Assembly (NCBI GenBank): GCA_050298595.1
Contig: JBNKUM010000077.1
Span: 1 to 54,194, forward strand
Direction: 5' to 3'
Length of the DNA: 54,194 nucleotides
DNA from: Gammaproteobacteria bacterium
GTDB taxonomy: Bacteria > Pseudomonadota > Gammaproteobacteria > GCA-001735895
Part shown: positions 1 to 10,261 of the stretch, piece after piece
Layout: each line of letters starts with the position of its first letter
How positions within the stretch are numbered: position 1 is the stretch's first letter
The notes under the pieces: model-generated
Told to the model about the DNA's origin: nothing
Seen by the model: the letters and a program-made list of their open reading frames with translations, nothing else
The model's database searches: none
Position numbers and translations under genes: made by a program

Positions 1-1148
1 AACTGTATAAATACTTTCCTAAATTGTGTTTTCCTACCTGCGGTCTGGAAATAAACCAGCGTCGCCTGAGTGCACAACCCGGGATTACTGTATTGACGAT
101 GGCCGAAGTGACCAATGTTAGTGGTACCGAAGGGAATTACACAGCCAGTGTAAAAATTACACCACGCTATGTTAATGAAAATTGTACCGCCTGTGGCGCC
201 TGTTCAGAAGCGGTAGAAGCAGAGTTTGATAACGAACATAACTATGGCATGAATAAGCGTAAAGGTGCTTACCTTCCTTATGCGATGGCGAAGCCCGCGC
301 GTTATGTGATCGACCCACGTATTATCGGTACTGAAGATGCAGATAAGGCAAAAGCGGCCTGTAAATTCGATGCCATTGATCTGGATATGCAGGAAGAGAC
401 TGTAGAATTCCAGGCTGGTGCAATTATCTGGGCTACCGGCTGGCAGCCTTATGACGCAAACAAGATTCAGCCCTATGGCTATGACCGCTTTAAGAACGTT
501 ATCACCAGCGTTGAATTCGAACGTATGATGGATAAGTTCGGTCCTACCGGCGGCAAGATTCTACGTCCTTCAGATAATAAGGAAGCTAAAAATATTGCTT
601 TTATCCAGTGTGCCGGTTCACGTGACCGTAACTATCTGAAGCATTGTTCACGCATCTGCTGCATGGCATCGCTCAAGCAATCTACTTACATCACCGAACA
701 GTATGGTGTCGAGGATGAAGATGCTAAAGGCACCATCTACTACATCGATATTCGTTCAATCGATCGCTTTGAAGATTTCTATCAGAAGGTTCAGGATGAT
801 CCAAAGATTACTTTTATTAAATCCAAGGTTGCCAACGTGATTCAGGATAAGGATGAAAATCCAATCTGTCGTGGAGTGGATACCGAGGGTTATCACCGTT
901 ATGAAAACACCCATGATCTGGTCGTTCTTGCAGTAGGCATGGAACCCAGCGTTAATAAAGATACCTTTCCGGTGGAAGTGGTGATCAACGAGCATGGGTT
1001 TATCGAAGCTGATGAGGCTAATGGTGGGATATTTGCAGCGGGTTGTGCATCCGATGCACTGGATGTAAATCGCTCAGTACAAAATGCAACAGCAGCAGCG
1101 TTACGCGCGATTCAGGTCGTTAATAAGGCAGCTGGAGCGGAGGCATAA
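1..1148 (+). CDS. qmoA: QmoA, HdrA-like FAD/FeS subunit (5'-truncated by the window edge)
   Basis: Frame is open from position 3 (LYKYFPKLCFPTCGLEIN); ferredoxin CTACGAC; HdrA motif FIQCAGSRD...CSRICCMASLKQ; upstream of qmoB-hdrCB. Confidence 0.9.
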   Translation, partial: LYKYFPKLCFPTCGLEINQRRLSAQPGITVLTMAEVTNVSGTEGNYTASVKITPRYVNENCTACGACSEAVEAEFDNEHNYGMNKRKGAYLPYAMAKPARYVIDPRIIGTEDADKAKAACKFDAIDLDMQEETVEFQAGAIIWATGWQPYDANKIQPYGYDRFKNVITSVEFERMMDKFGPTGGKILRPSDNKEAKNIAFIQCAGSRDRNYLKHCSRICCMASLKQSTYITEQYGVEDEDAKGTIYYIDIRSIDRFEDFYQKVQDDPKITFIKSKVANVIQDKDENPICRGVDTEGYHRYENTHDLVVLAVGMEPSVNKDTFPVEVVINEHGFIEADEANGGIFAAGCASDALDVNRSVQNATAAALRAIQVVNKAAGAEA

Positions 1149-1149
1149 A

Positions 1150-3426
1150 ATGGCAGATGAAAAGAAATTAGGTGCTTACCTCTGCACAGGGTGTGGCATT
1201 GGCGACAGACTGGATATCAGTCAACTGGAAACTACGGCTACCCGAGACGGCAAAGCCAAATTCTGTAAAACTTCCGACTTCCTGTGCTCTAAAGCGGGCG
1301 TAGAGATGATCCAGAAGGATATAGATGATGGTGAAGTGAATCATGTCATCATTGCAGCCTGCTCACGTCGTGCCAAGACTGAAGCCTTCCGTTTTGATAA
1401 TGTAGCCCTTTCTCGTGCCAACCTGCGCGAAGGCGTTATCTGGGTTCGTCCGAATACAGATGAGGCTCAGGAAACTACACAGGAAATGGCAGACGATTAT
1501 GTTCGTATGGCCTGTGCAGAAAGCAAGTACATGAATATCCCCAAGTCTTCTGAAGAGCAGTCACTGAATAAAACTGTACTGGTTGTAGGTGGCGGTATCA
1601 CTGGTATGACTTCTGCGATTGAAACCGCGAAAGCCGGATACAAGGTTGAGCTGGTTGAAAAAACTGGTGAGCTTGGTGGCTGGATGACGAAGATGCATAA
1701 AGCGATTCCAACGCGTTCACCTTATGCTGAACCACAGGATACTGGCGTGGAAGCATTGATTGCTGCAGTGAATGATCACGCCAATATTAATGTACACCTG
1801 AACTCAACGATTGCAAAAACCGAAGGCGCTCCCGGACGTTTTAAGGTTGAAGTAGCTACAGAATCTGGTTCCGTAAATAATGTTGAAGTTGGCGCTATTA
1901 TTCAGGCATCGGGATGGAAGGAATATGATCCTGCCAATCTACCTGAATTTGCTCATGGCAAGAGTGCCGATATCGTCACCAATATAGAAATGGAAGCACT
2001 GGCTAAAGCCGCCGGTGATGGTCCTATCAAACGTCCATCCGATGGCAAAGAAGTAAAGTCAGTCGTTTTCATCCAGAATGCTGGACAGAACTCAACTAAG
2101 GAAGGACATCTGGAGTATCACTCCGGTATCGGTGATCTGGTTTCTATCAAGCAATCTATGTATTTCAAGTCGCAGAACGGTGCGGATTGCGAAACCACTA
2201 TCCTGTTCAACAACCTGCGTACACCGGGTGCAGCGGGCGAAGATTTCTACCGCGCTGGTCAGGACAAGATGGTGACCTTCCGTAAAGGTATCGCCTCAGA
2301 GGTGACCCCAGGTTCAGATCTACAGGTTAAGTTCAAGGATATGATTCTGGACGAAGATACTAGTATTCAAGCTGATCTGGTTGTGCTCGACCTGGGAATG
2401 GTACCTAACTCTGGCCCCGATCCTTATGCGATTCCAATGGAAATCGATGATGATGAAGAAGCTCAGAATAAGGCAGATGCCGAGGAAGCAGGAGAAGAAT
2501 ACGAAGCACCGGTTGAAGTACTGGTCGATTCTATCCTTAATCTTGACTATCGTCAGGGTACCGATCTTCCGCATCTGAAGAATGGTTTTACTGATTCTCA
2601 CTTTATCTGTTTTCCTTACGAGACACGTCGTACCGGTATCTATGCTGCTGGTCCTCTACGTCGTCCGATGGACAGCTACCAGGCAAAAGAAGATGCCACG
2701 GGTGCTGCAATGAAAGCGATTCAGGCATTGGAGAATGCAGGTAAAGGTCGTGCAGCTCATCCACGTTCAGGTGACCTGAGTTACCCGCTGTTTCGAAAGG
2801 AAGGTTGTACCCAGTGTAAACGTTGTACGGTTGAATGCCCATTTGGTGCCATCAACGAAGATGAAAGACGTTTTCCACAATTCAACGAATCTCGTTGCCG
2901 CCGTTGCGGTACCTGTATGGGTGCCTGCCCGGTACGTGTTATCTCCTTCGATAACTACTCGGTGGATACAGTCGGTCAGCAAATCAAAAGTGTCGATATG
3001 CCAGACGAATTCGATGAAAAGCCACGTATTCTGGTGCTGGCCTGTGAGAACGATGCTTATCCCGCGCTGGATATGGCGGGTCAGCAGGGCATTGAATACT
3101 CAGCCTTTGCTCGTATCGTTCCGGTGCGTTGTTTAGGTTCAGTGAATACCATCTGGTTAACTGATGCTTTAAACAGTGGATACGATGGTATCGTATTGAT
3201 GGGTTGCTCAAAAGGTGACGATTACCAGTGTCACTTCGTGAAGGGGTCTGAGATGGCTCATTATCGGATGGGTAAGATAGCGGATACCTTACAGACACTG
3301 AGTCTGGAAGAAGAACGTGTGGCTACTTATGAAGTTGCGATTACCGATATCCAACGTGCACCTAAGTTGATCAATGACATGGCTGAAACCATAGAAAAGA
3401 TCGGCATGAGCCCATTCAAGTTCTAA
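1150..3426 (+). CDS. qmoB: QmoB: HdrA-like FAD domain, two 4Fe-4S motifs and C-terminal MvhD-like domain
   Basis: ATG at 1150 just after the qmoA stop; GGGITG FAD motif; CTQCKRC and CRRCGTC; MvhD-like ACENDAYP...VRCLGS...CHF. Confidence 0.92.
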   Translation: MADEKKLGAYLCTGCGIGDRLDISQLETTATRDGKAKFCKTSDFLCSKAGVEMIQKDIDDGEVNHVIIAACSRRAKTEAFRFDNVALSRANLREGVIWVRPNTDEAQETTQEMADDYVRMACAESKYMNIPKSSEEQSLNKTVLVVGGGITGMTSAIETAKAGYKVELVEKTGELGGWMTKMHKAIPTRSPYAEPQDTGVEALIAAVNDHANINVHLNSTIAKTEGAPGRFKVEVATESGSVNNVEVGAIIQASGWKEYDPANLPEFAHGKSADIVTNIEMEALAKAAGDGPIKRPSDGKEVKSVVFIQNAGQNSTKEGHLEYHSGIGDLVSIKQSMYFKSQNGADCETTILFNNLRTPGAAGEDFYRAGQDKMVTFRKGIASEVTPGSDLQVKFKDMILDEDTSIQADLVVLDLGMVPNSGPDPYAIPMEIDDDEEAQNKADAEEAGEEYEAPVEVLVDSILNLDYRQGTDLPHLKNGFTDSHFICFPYETRRTGIYAAGPLRRPMDSYQAKEDATGAAMKAIQALENAGKGRAAHPRSGDLSYPLFRKEGCTQCKRCTVECPFGAINEDERRFPQFNESRCRRCGTCMGACPVRVISFDNYSVDTVGQQIKSVDMPDEFDEKPRILVLACENDAYPALDMAGQQGIEYSAFARIVPVRCLGSVNTIWLTDALNSGYDGIVLMGCSKGDDYQCHFVKGSEMAHYRMGKIADTLQTLSLEEERVATYEVAITDIQRAPKLINDMAETIEKIGMSPFKF

Positions 3427-3438
3427 GGGGAATTTATT

Positions 3439-4062
3439 ATGAGTTTAAATACCGCAATGGTAGAAAAATATCGCAACAACTTCCTGCAGGAAGTTGCCGG
3501 TAATGTCGAAGAGGGTGACTGGGTAAAGATGTGTATGCAGTGTGGTGTCTGCGCAGGTTCCTGCCCGCTGGGTAATGCCTGGGAACACACCCCTCAGAAG
3601 ATCTTCATGATGATTCGAGCTAATAAGCGTGATGAAGTACTGACCTCTGATTCCATGTGGATGTGTACTTCCTGCTACAACTGTATTGTACGTTGTCCAC
3701 GTGAATTACCGATCACTCACATCATGCACGGTCTGGCAACTTACGCCAAGAAACTGGGTCTGGCACCTAAAGAAAACCCGACACAGTGGTTTTCTGAAGT
3801 GTTCTGGGACAACATGATGAAGAAAGGTCGTGTGAATGAATTGAAGATGGGTCTCTCTCTTTATTTCAAAGAAGGATTTATGGCCGGTATCAAGGAGTCT
3901 ATGGCTCACCAGAAACTGGGTATGAACATGATGAAAGCCAAGCGTATGGCAGCTGGCGAATTGTTCGGTGGTCATGGTGTTAAGGACCTGTCTGGCTTTC
4001 AGAAAATGATCAAGAAAGCGCAGGATATTGAAGCCGATCGTCTTGAAGCGAACTCGAAATAG
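3439..4062 (+). CDS. hdrC: HdrC-like 4Fe-4S subunit of a Qmo-HdrBC complex
   Basis: CMQCGVCAGSCP and CTSCYNCIVRCP motifs; lies between qmoB and hdrB. Confidence 0.88.
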   Translation: MSLNTAMVEKYRNNFLQEVAGNVEEGDWVKMCMQCGVCAGSCPLGNAWEHTPQKIFMMIRANKRDEVLTSDSMWMCTSCYNCIVRCPRELPITHIMHGLATYAKKLGLAPKENPTQWFSEVFWDNMMKKGRVNELKMGLSLYFKEGFMAGIKESMAHQKLGMNMMKAKRMAAGELFGGHGVKDLSGFQKMIKKAQDIEADRLEANSK

Positions 4063-4073
4063 AGGAGAGAATA

Positions 4074-4973
4074 ATGGCTAAATTTGAATACTCATATTAC
4101 CCCGGCTGCTCCTCTCAGAAAGGAGCCTCTTCATCCAATCTGGGTCGCTCTGTAGAGACCATGTGTGAAGAGCTGGATGTAAAACTGAATGAAATTCCTG
4201 ACTGGAACTGCTGTAGTGCTTCCATCGGATATGGAAGTGGTAGCGTGATCCCACGTATGTCTTTATCTGCACGTAATATTGCATTGTCAGAGCAACATAA
4301 CCCGAATCAGGATATTGTTGCTACCTGCGCTGCCTGTTGGCTATCGACAAAAGAAGCATCAGAGCGACTTCACGATGATGAAAATTTATTTAAAGACGTG
4401 AATACTGCACTTGCTGAAGCTAATTTAAAGCTGACCAATAAAACACCGATTCGTCACATGGCAGAAGTACTGATAGAAGACATTGGTTACGATGCCCTCA
4501 AAGCAGGCGTCAAGAAACCATTGGAAGGTATCAAGATCGCTGGCTATGTCGGTTGTCAAACCAATCGTCCTTTCGGAATTGACGGTGAATCGTTTGAAAA
4601 CCCAATGTATCTCGACAAGATGGTCGAATCATTAGGTGGTGATTCGATTACTACCTATGAAAAGAAGGTGCAATGTTGTGGTGGCGCGTTAGCTTTCTCC
4701 GAGCCCGAAAAATCTCAGCAAATGATCCACGGTATTATCGAAGCAGCTTACGACAATGGTGCCGATATGATTGTGACTCCATGCCCGCTGTGTCAGGCCA
4801 ACGTAGAAATCTATCAGGACGAAATCAATGCCAAATTCGGCAGTAATTTCGAAATGCCAGTGGTTTACTACAGCCAGTTGATTGATGTGGCTTATGGTCG
4901 TAGCGCGCAGGATTCTGCATTAGACGGTCAGGTCATTAAGGCTAAAAAGCTGGAAGCGCTTGCAGGTAAGTAA
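4074..4973 (+). CDS. hdrB: HdrB-like CCG-domain subunit
   Basis: YYPGCS...WNCC...CAAC and YVGC...QCCG...CPLC CCG motifs; AGGAG RBS. Confidence 0.9.
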   Translation: MAKFEYSYYPGCSSQKGASSSNLGRSVETMCEELDVKLNEIPDWNCCSASIGYGSGSVIPRMSLSARNIALSEQHNPNQDIVATCAACWLSTKEASERLHDDENLFKDVNTALAEANLKLTNKTPIRHMAEVLIEDIGYDALKAGVKKPLEGIKIAGYVGCQTNRPFGIDGESFENPMYLDKMVESLGGDSITTYEKKVQCCGGALAFSEPEKSQQMIHGIIEAAYDNGADMIVTPCPLCQANVEIYQDEINAKFGSNFEMPVVYYSQLIDVAYGRSAQDSALDGQVIKAKKLEALAGK

Positions 4974-4995
4974 CTCTTCCTTTAAGTAAAATTAG

Positions 4996-5021
4996 AAGGC
5001 GCTTATTGAGCGCCTTTTTTT
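4996..5021 (+). terminator. Rho-independent terminator of the qmo-hdr operon
   Basis: aaggcgct/agcgcctt stem followed by a T tract, just after the hdrB stop. Confidence 0.8.
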
Positions 5022-5111
5022 GCCTGCTATTTTTTTATCAAATATTTAAAAATAGCGCAAATAAGGTCGTCAGTTATAATGCAGTGAAATTGAAAACTAG
5101 ATTTACTGATA

Positions 5112-6545
5112 ATGGCAAAAAAAAGCTTTTACTGGCACGACTATGAAACCTGGGGGGCAAATCCGCGCGTGGACCGGGCAGCGCAATTTGCAGGTATACG
5201 TACTGATGAAAACCTGAATATCATCGGTCAACCTTTAATGATTTATGCGAAACCCGGCGTAGACTTTTTGCCTCATCCTGAAGCCGTATTGATTACTGGC
5301 ATTACTCCACAAAAGGCAATGAAAGAAGGAGTCGCAGAAGCGGATTTTTTTCGTCAAATACATACAGAATATACCCAGCCAGGCACCTGTATCGTCGGCT
5401 ATAACAGTATTCGTTTCGATGAGGAAGTGACACGTTTTGGCTTATATCGAAACTTTTACGATCCTTATGCCTACAGCTGGCAGAACGGTAACAGTCGTTG
5501 GGATGTGCTCGATTTAATGCGCATCACACATGCTTTGCGCCCTGAAGGGATAGAGTGGCCACAAAATGAAAATGGTGTGACGAGCTTTAAACTGACCGAT
5601 TTGACCGCTGCCAATCAAATCGAACAGGTAGGTGCGCACGATGCTCTTGTCGATGTTAAAGCTACTATTGCTGTCGCTAAACTGGTTAAACAGAAACAAC
5701 CCAGGCTTTTTGATTTCTATTTTGCGCTCAGGCAAAAACAACGTGCTGCGGAGTTGATCAATCCATCGCGAGGCGAAATTACATTACATGTCAGTGGCAT
5801 GTTTCCAGCGCAACAGGGCTGTCTGGCCCCCATTATTCCATTGCTGGCGCACCCGTCGAATGCCAATGAAATCATTTGTTATAACCTGCGCTTTAATCCC
5901 GAAGCCTTGTTGAAAATGAGTGCTCAGGAGATTGAGGAAAAACTGTATACAAAAACCATAGATCTGGCCGAGGGTGAAGAACGTATTCCACTCAAGGGTG
6001 TGCATCTGAATAAGTCACCAGCTCTGGCCCCAGTGAGTACGTTGAATGCGGCTCAGGCAGAAAAGTGGCAGCTTGACTGGGATGTTATCAATCAGCACCG
6101 TGATATGCTGATGTCAGATTCCACTCTGATTGCAAAGCTGAGAGAAGTCTATAGCCGTCCACGCGAGTATGAGGCAGTGGATGCTGATAGTGCTTTATAC
6201 GAAGGTTTTCTTTCACAGCAGGATCGCCTCAGCTGTAATCAGGTTCTGGCGGCCACTCCTGAAAAACTAGCTGACTGGCCAGCCGAAAAATTTCAGGATA
6301 AGCGCCTACAGACCTTGCTGTTTCGTTATCGGGCGCGTAATTTCCCACAAAGTCTGACTGCTGATGAGGCTTTACGCTGGCAGCGCTTTTGTCAAAGTCG
6401 ACTGGTGGATGGAGAGTTTGGCTCAAACCTGACGTTGGACCAGTTTCAGCAACTGCTGCTCACCCTGGCTCAACGAGAGCAGGGTGAACGTGAACAGTAT
6501 TTATTGAATCAGTTGTCAGTCTGGGTACAGGATCTGTTTGCGTAG
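5112..6545 (+). CDS. sbcB: Exodeoxyribonuclease I
   Basis: WHDYETWG, GYNSIRFDEE and AHDALVDV DEDDh motifs; 477 aa. Confidence 0.95.
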   Translation: MAKKSFYWHDYETWGANPRVDRAAQFAGIRTDENLNIIGQPLMIYAKPGVDFLPHPEAVLITGITPQKAMKEGVAEADFFRQIHTEYTQPGTCIVGYNSIRFDEEVTRFGLYRNFYDPYAYSWQNGNSRWDVLDLMRITHALRPEGIEWPQNENGVTSFKLTDLTAANQIEQVGAHDALVDVKATIAVAKLVKQKQPRLFDFYFALRQKQRAAELINPSRGEITLHVSGMFPAQQGCLAPIIPLLAHPSNANEIICYNLRFNPEALLKMSAQEIEEKLYTKTIDLAEGEERIPLKGVHLNKSPALAPVSTLNAAQAEKWQLDWDVINQHRDMLMSDSTLIAKLREVYSRPREYEAVDADSALYEGFLSQQDRLSCNQVLAATPEKLADWPAEKFQDKRLQTLLFRYRARNFPQSLTADEALRWQRFCQSRLVDGEFGSNLTLDQFQQLLLTLAQREQGEREQYLLNQLSVWVQDLFA

Positions 6546-6554
6546 GTGTTTCGG

Positions 6555-7955
6555 CTACAGAATCAAAGATGCATGATCTGCCAGACGTGAACGTTCGCCG
6601 CGTTTTAAAGTCACATGGCCACTGTGTTCCCAGTCCTTGAATCTATCTACGATATAGGTCAGGCCCGAGGTGGTTTCGGTCAGGTAAGGAGTATCAATCT
6701 GTCCAATATTACCCAGGCATACAAACTTGGTACCTGGTCCTGCACGAGTGATCAGGGTTTTCATCTGTTTAGACGTCAGGTTCTGGGCTTCATCCAGAAT
6801 GATGAATTTGTTCAGAAAAGTACGTCCACGCATGAAGTTCAATGAAGATATCTTGATGCGATGGCGTACAAGGTCAGTAGTGGCCTGATTTTCCCAGGCA
6901 TCGTTTTTATCGTTACCGACCAGCACTTCCAGGTTATCCATCAATGCGCCCATCCAGGGGGACATTTTTTCTTCTTCAGTACCCGGTAAAAAACCAATAT
7001 CTTCACCTACTGGCACAGTCACACGAGTCATAATGATTTCAGCATAGCGCTTTTCATCCATGGTTTGAGCTAAAGCTGCAGCCAGTGTGAGCAGGGTTTT
7101 ACCAGTTCCTGCAGTACCCGACAGACTGACAAAATCTATCTCTGGATCCATCAATAAGTTAAGCGCAAAACTTTGCTCACGATTACGCGCATGTATACCC
7201 CATACCGAATTGTGTTCATTCATATAGTTTTTGATGACTTCAATGACACAGGTGTTATCGTTTTTTTCGCGCACAATGCCATCAAAGTTATTTTCCAGAT
7301 AGATGAACTGATTGGGGTACCATTCAAGCGTGTCATCACCGGTAATTTCGTAAAAACTTTTGCCATCGCGTTGCCATGAATGGATATCCTTACTGTGTTT
7401 ATCCCAGAATTCATCCGGTAGTTCCAGGCTACCCGTGAACAGCAGATCCAGGTCATCCAGTACCTTGTCATTGGTATAGTCTTCAACCAGCAGGCCCAGT
7501 ACAGTCGCTTTTATGCGTAGATTGATATCCTTGGATACCAGAATAATATCGCAGTCCCATTCCTCTTTTAAGGCCAGCACCGTGCCTAGTATTGAATTAT
7601 CGTTTTTACTGCCGGGCAGGCTATCAGGTAAGCGTGGTGAGTGGGCTTCGGTTTCAAAGAAAAGTCGGCCTGTACTTTTAACTGGGCCGTTTCCGTTGGG
7701 GGAATGTACCGGCACCAAAGGTAATCCCTGTTTGATATCTATATCCTTATTCGTATTCATTAAATCATCGATGAAACGATTCACCTGACGAACGTTCCTG
7801 GCAACCTCGGATAAGCCTTTCTTGCCCTGATCCAGTTCTTCCAGTACGGTCATAGGCAGATAAATATTGTGCTCCTGAAATCGAAAAATAGCGGTTGGAT
7901 CATGCATCAATACATTGGTATCAAGCACGAAAAGTTTAGCTTCGGTAGATGTCAT
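6555..7955 (-). CDS. PIN-PhoH fusion protein (PhoH2/YlaK type)
   Basis: N-terminal PIN VLDTNVLMHD; Walker A GTAGTGKT; MRGRTF and LDEAQN motifs. Confidence 0.9.
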   Translation of the reverse strand: MTSTEAKLFVLDTNVLMHDPTAIFRFQEHNIYLPMTVLEELDQGKKGLSEVARNVRQVNRFIDDLMNTNKDIDIKQGLPLVPVHSPNGNGPVKSTGRLFFETEAHSPRLPDSLPGSKNDNSILGTVLALKEEWDCDIILVSKDINLRIKATVLGLLVEDYTNDKVLDDLDLLFTGSLELPDEFWDKHSKDIHSWQRDGKSFYEITGDDTLEWYPNQFIYLENNFDGIVREKNDNTCVIEVIKNYMNEHNSVWGIHARNREQSFALNLLMDPEIDFVSLSGTAGTGKTLLTLAAALAQTMDEKRYAEIIMTRVTVPVGEDIGFLPGTEEEKMSPWMGALMDNLEVLVGNDKNDAWENQATTDLVRHRIKISSLNFMRGRTFLNKFIILDEAQNLTSKQMKTLITRAGPGTKFVCLGNIGQIDTPYLTETTSGLTYIVDRFKDWEHSGHVTLKRGERSRLADHASLIL

Positions 7956-8209
7956 AGGCCATGCTTACTAGTAACAGGGATTAATGTGGAAAAAACAAAA
8001 TTAAAACGCTTAAAGAAATTGCTGCATATTTGGTGATGGGCCAGTATGTAGATAATTAGATACAAGCTGTGAATTGAATTTTGCAATTTGTCATGCCCCG
8101 AGTTTGAATAAATCAACCAGAGCTGTCAATGATAAAAAATCTTAGTTGTTAATGTCGATAGCGCAAGGTTGTGATATGTTTTAACCACCTTTTTTACTGC
8201 TCATCACTA

Positions 8210-9697
8210 ATGTCTAACGACCTTTATCTATATCAACGCGAACAGGTGTATCGACTGGATCAAAAGACGATGCAAATGGATGCACAACCCTCACAATTAT
8301 TAATGCAGAAAGCCGCTGCAGCTACATGGAATGCCATTCAACAACGCTGGCCTGAATGCCAGCACCTGGTTATCCTGGCCGGTGCAGGTAATAACGGTGG
8401 AGATGCCTTTGCACTAGCAATACTCGCTAAAAAACAGTCTAAAACAATCAGTCTGTACTTGATCGGAGATGAATCGCGGCAATCCAGGGAGTCGACATTT
8501 TATCGAGAAGCCTGGCTGGCTGATGGAGGAGATATTCTGAGCTGGGCTGGTGACTGCCCGGATTGTGATGTGATTGTTGATGGTCTGCTGGGAATTGGTC
8601 TGAATAAAAGTCTGAATGACGATTGGCAATCATGGATTTCACAGATCAATTCTAAACAGGCAATTCGAGTCAGTATTGATATCCCCAGTGGGTTAAATGC
8701 TGATACGGGAATAGCCATGCCCTGCGCCATAAAAGCAGATTTAACGGTAAGTTTTATCGGCAGAAAAATTGGTTGCTACCTGACGGATGGCTCGGACTAC
8801 TGTGGTGAGTTATTGTTTGATGATCTTGGAATATCAAGCTCAGCACTAAATTCTGAAATACCACTGTGTACAATAATCAATGACGACAATATAAGTCTTC
8901 CGACAATACGTGCCAGTAACAGCCATAAAAGTCAGTATGGTCATATTCTGGTCATTGGCGGTGACCGGGGCATGCCGGGGGCGGTGAGGTTGGCTGCAAT
9001 CGCAGCGCTTCGTGCCGGAGCCGGAATGGTGAGCGTTTGTGTACACCCGGATAATTATTCGGCTATTGCCGCTGCCGATCCCGAACTTATGGTGGGCGTG
9101 TGGGGTGATCTGGAGCACTTACTGGAACGAGCATCTGTAGTCGTTGTTGGGCCTGGACTGGGGCAATCCGCAGATGCAAAAAAATTATTGGATAAAATCG
9201 CTGGTTGTAACAAGCCCATGGTGATTGATGCTGACGCATTGCATGCCGATTTTCTGGATCGGCTGCAATCAGATAATACGGTGATCACGCCGCATCCAGG
9301 CGAAGCAGCCAGATTACTTAACTGCTCAGTTCCTCAGATTCAACAGAACAGAGTTCAAGCTATACAGGATTTAATCCAGTGTTGGGCTACTGCCTGTATA
9401 TTAAAAGGTTCGGGTAGTCTGGTGAGTCAGCAAGGTATGCCAATATCTTTATGCCATAACGGCCATTCCGGTATGGCCACGGCGGGCAGTGGTGATGTCT
9501 TGAGTGGCCTGGTTGGCGCTTATCTGGGGCAGGGCTTAACGCCATTAGAGGCTGCGAGATGTGGTGCCTATGTGCATGCTCTGGCGGCTGAAAATTATGC
9601 GCGCGAATATCATCCAGATAGCCTTATCGCCAGCGATCTGGTACAGAGAATTGCTAGCGTGCATCTAGCGCTAAAGCATTTACAGGTTTATGCATGA
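8210..9697 (+). CDS. nnr: Bifunctional NAD(P)HX epimerase/dehydratase (YjeF)
   Basis: GAGNNGGD, DIPSG, GPGLG, TPHPGEA, ATAGSGDVL; ATG 8210 preferred over GTG 8171; upstream of tsaE. Confidence 0.93.
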   Translation: MSNDLYLYQREQVYRLDQKTMQMDAQPSQLLMQKAAAATWNAIQQRWPECQHLVILAGAGNNGGDAFALAILAKKQSKTISLYLIGDESRQSRESTFYREAWLADGGDILSWAGDCPDCDVIVDGLLGIGLNKSLNDDWQSWISQINSKQAIRVSIDIPSGLNADTGIAMPCAIKADLTVSFIGRKIGCYLTDGSDYCGELLFDDLGISSSALNSEIPLCTIINDDNISLPTIRASNSHKSQYGHILVIGGDRGMPGAVRLAAIAALRAGAGMVSVCVHPDNYSAIAAADPELMVGVWGDLEHLLERASVVVVGPGLGQSADAKKLLDKIAGCNKPMVIDADALHADFLDRLQSDNTVITPHPGEAARLLNCSVPQIQQNRVQAIQDLIQCWATACILKGSGSLVSQQGMPISLCHNGHSGMATAGSGDVLSGLVGAYLGQGLTPLEAARCGAYVHALAAENYAREYHPDSLIASDLVQRIASVHLALKHLQVYA

Positions 9698-10143
9698 TAG
9701 TCTGCTCAGAAAAAGAGATGAAAGCGTTGGGCGCAAAACTGATTAAGGCTTGTGATAGTGGTGGTGTGATTACCCTGGAAGGTGATTTGGGCACAGGAAA
9801 AACCACCATCGTACGTGGCGCACTGGAAGCCTGCGGCATTACCAGTGGCGTTCGCAGCCCAACCTATACATTGATCGAAAATTACGAACTTGATAATCTT
9901 TCAGTGGCCCATTTTGATCTATACCGGCTGGCGGAAGCGGAAGAGCTGGAATATCTGGGTTATCGTGATTACCTGAATCCTCATACTTTGTGTTTGATTG
10001 AATGGCCACAGCGTGCTGAGGAGCTATTGCAATATGCAGGGTTGCAGCTCACCCTTGAATATCATGAAGGCTGTCGTCGAATTTACGCAAAATCGACTAA
10101 CCCCTGGGGTGAGCAGTTAATTCGAGCTATTAATCTTATGTAA
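9694..10143 (+). CDS. tsaE: tRNA t6A biosynthesis ATPase TsaE
   Basis: GDLGTGKTT, SPTYTL, HFDLYRL, IEWP; ATGA overlap with nnr. Confidence 0.95.
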   Translation: MIVCSEKEMKALGAKLIKACDSGGVITLEGDLGTGKTTIVRGALEACGITSGVRSPTYTLIENYELDNLSVAHFDLYRLAEAEELEYLGYRDYLNPHTLCLIEWPQRAEELLQYAGLQLTLEYHEGCRRIYAKSTNPWGEQLIRAINLM

Positions 10144-10261
10144 ATTCTAGATAAATAGACTATCTATTTAATAAATAAAGAAAAAAGTTGATTTTGTTAG
10201 CTTAATTTACTATAACTAACATCACAGTTTAAATAAGTTATCCTTAAAAGTTGCTAAAGCC

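Noticed and set aside
1084-1149. N-terminal extension of the 780-aa ORF
   Set aside because: Overlaps the end of qmoA; the ATG at 1150 gives the expected QmoB start.
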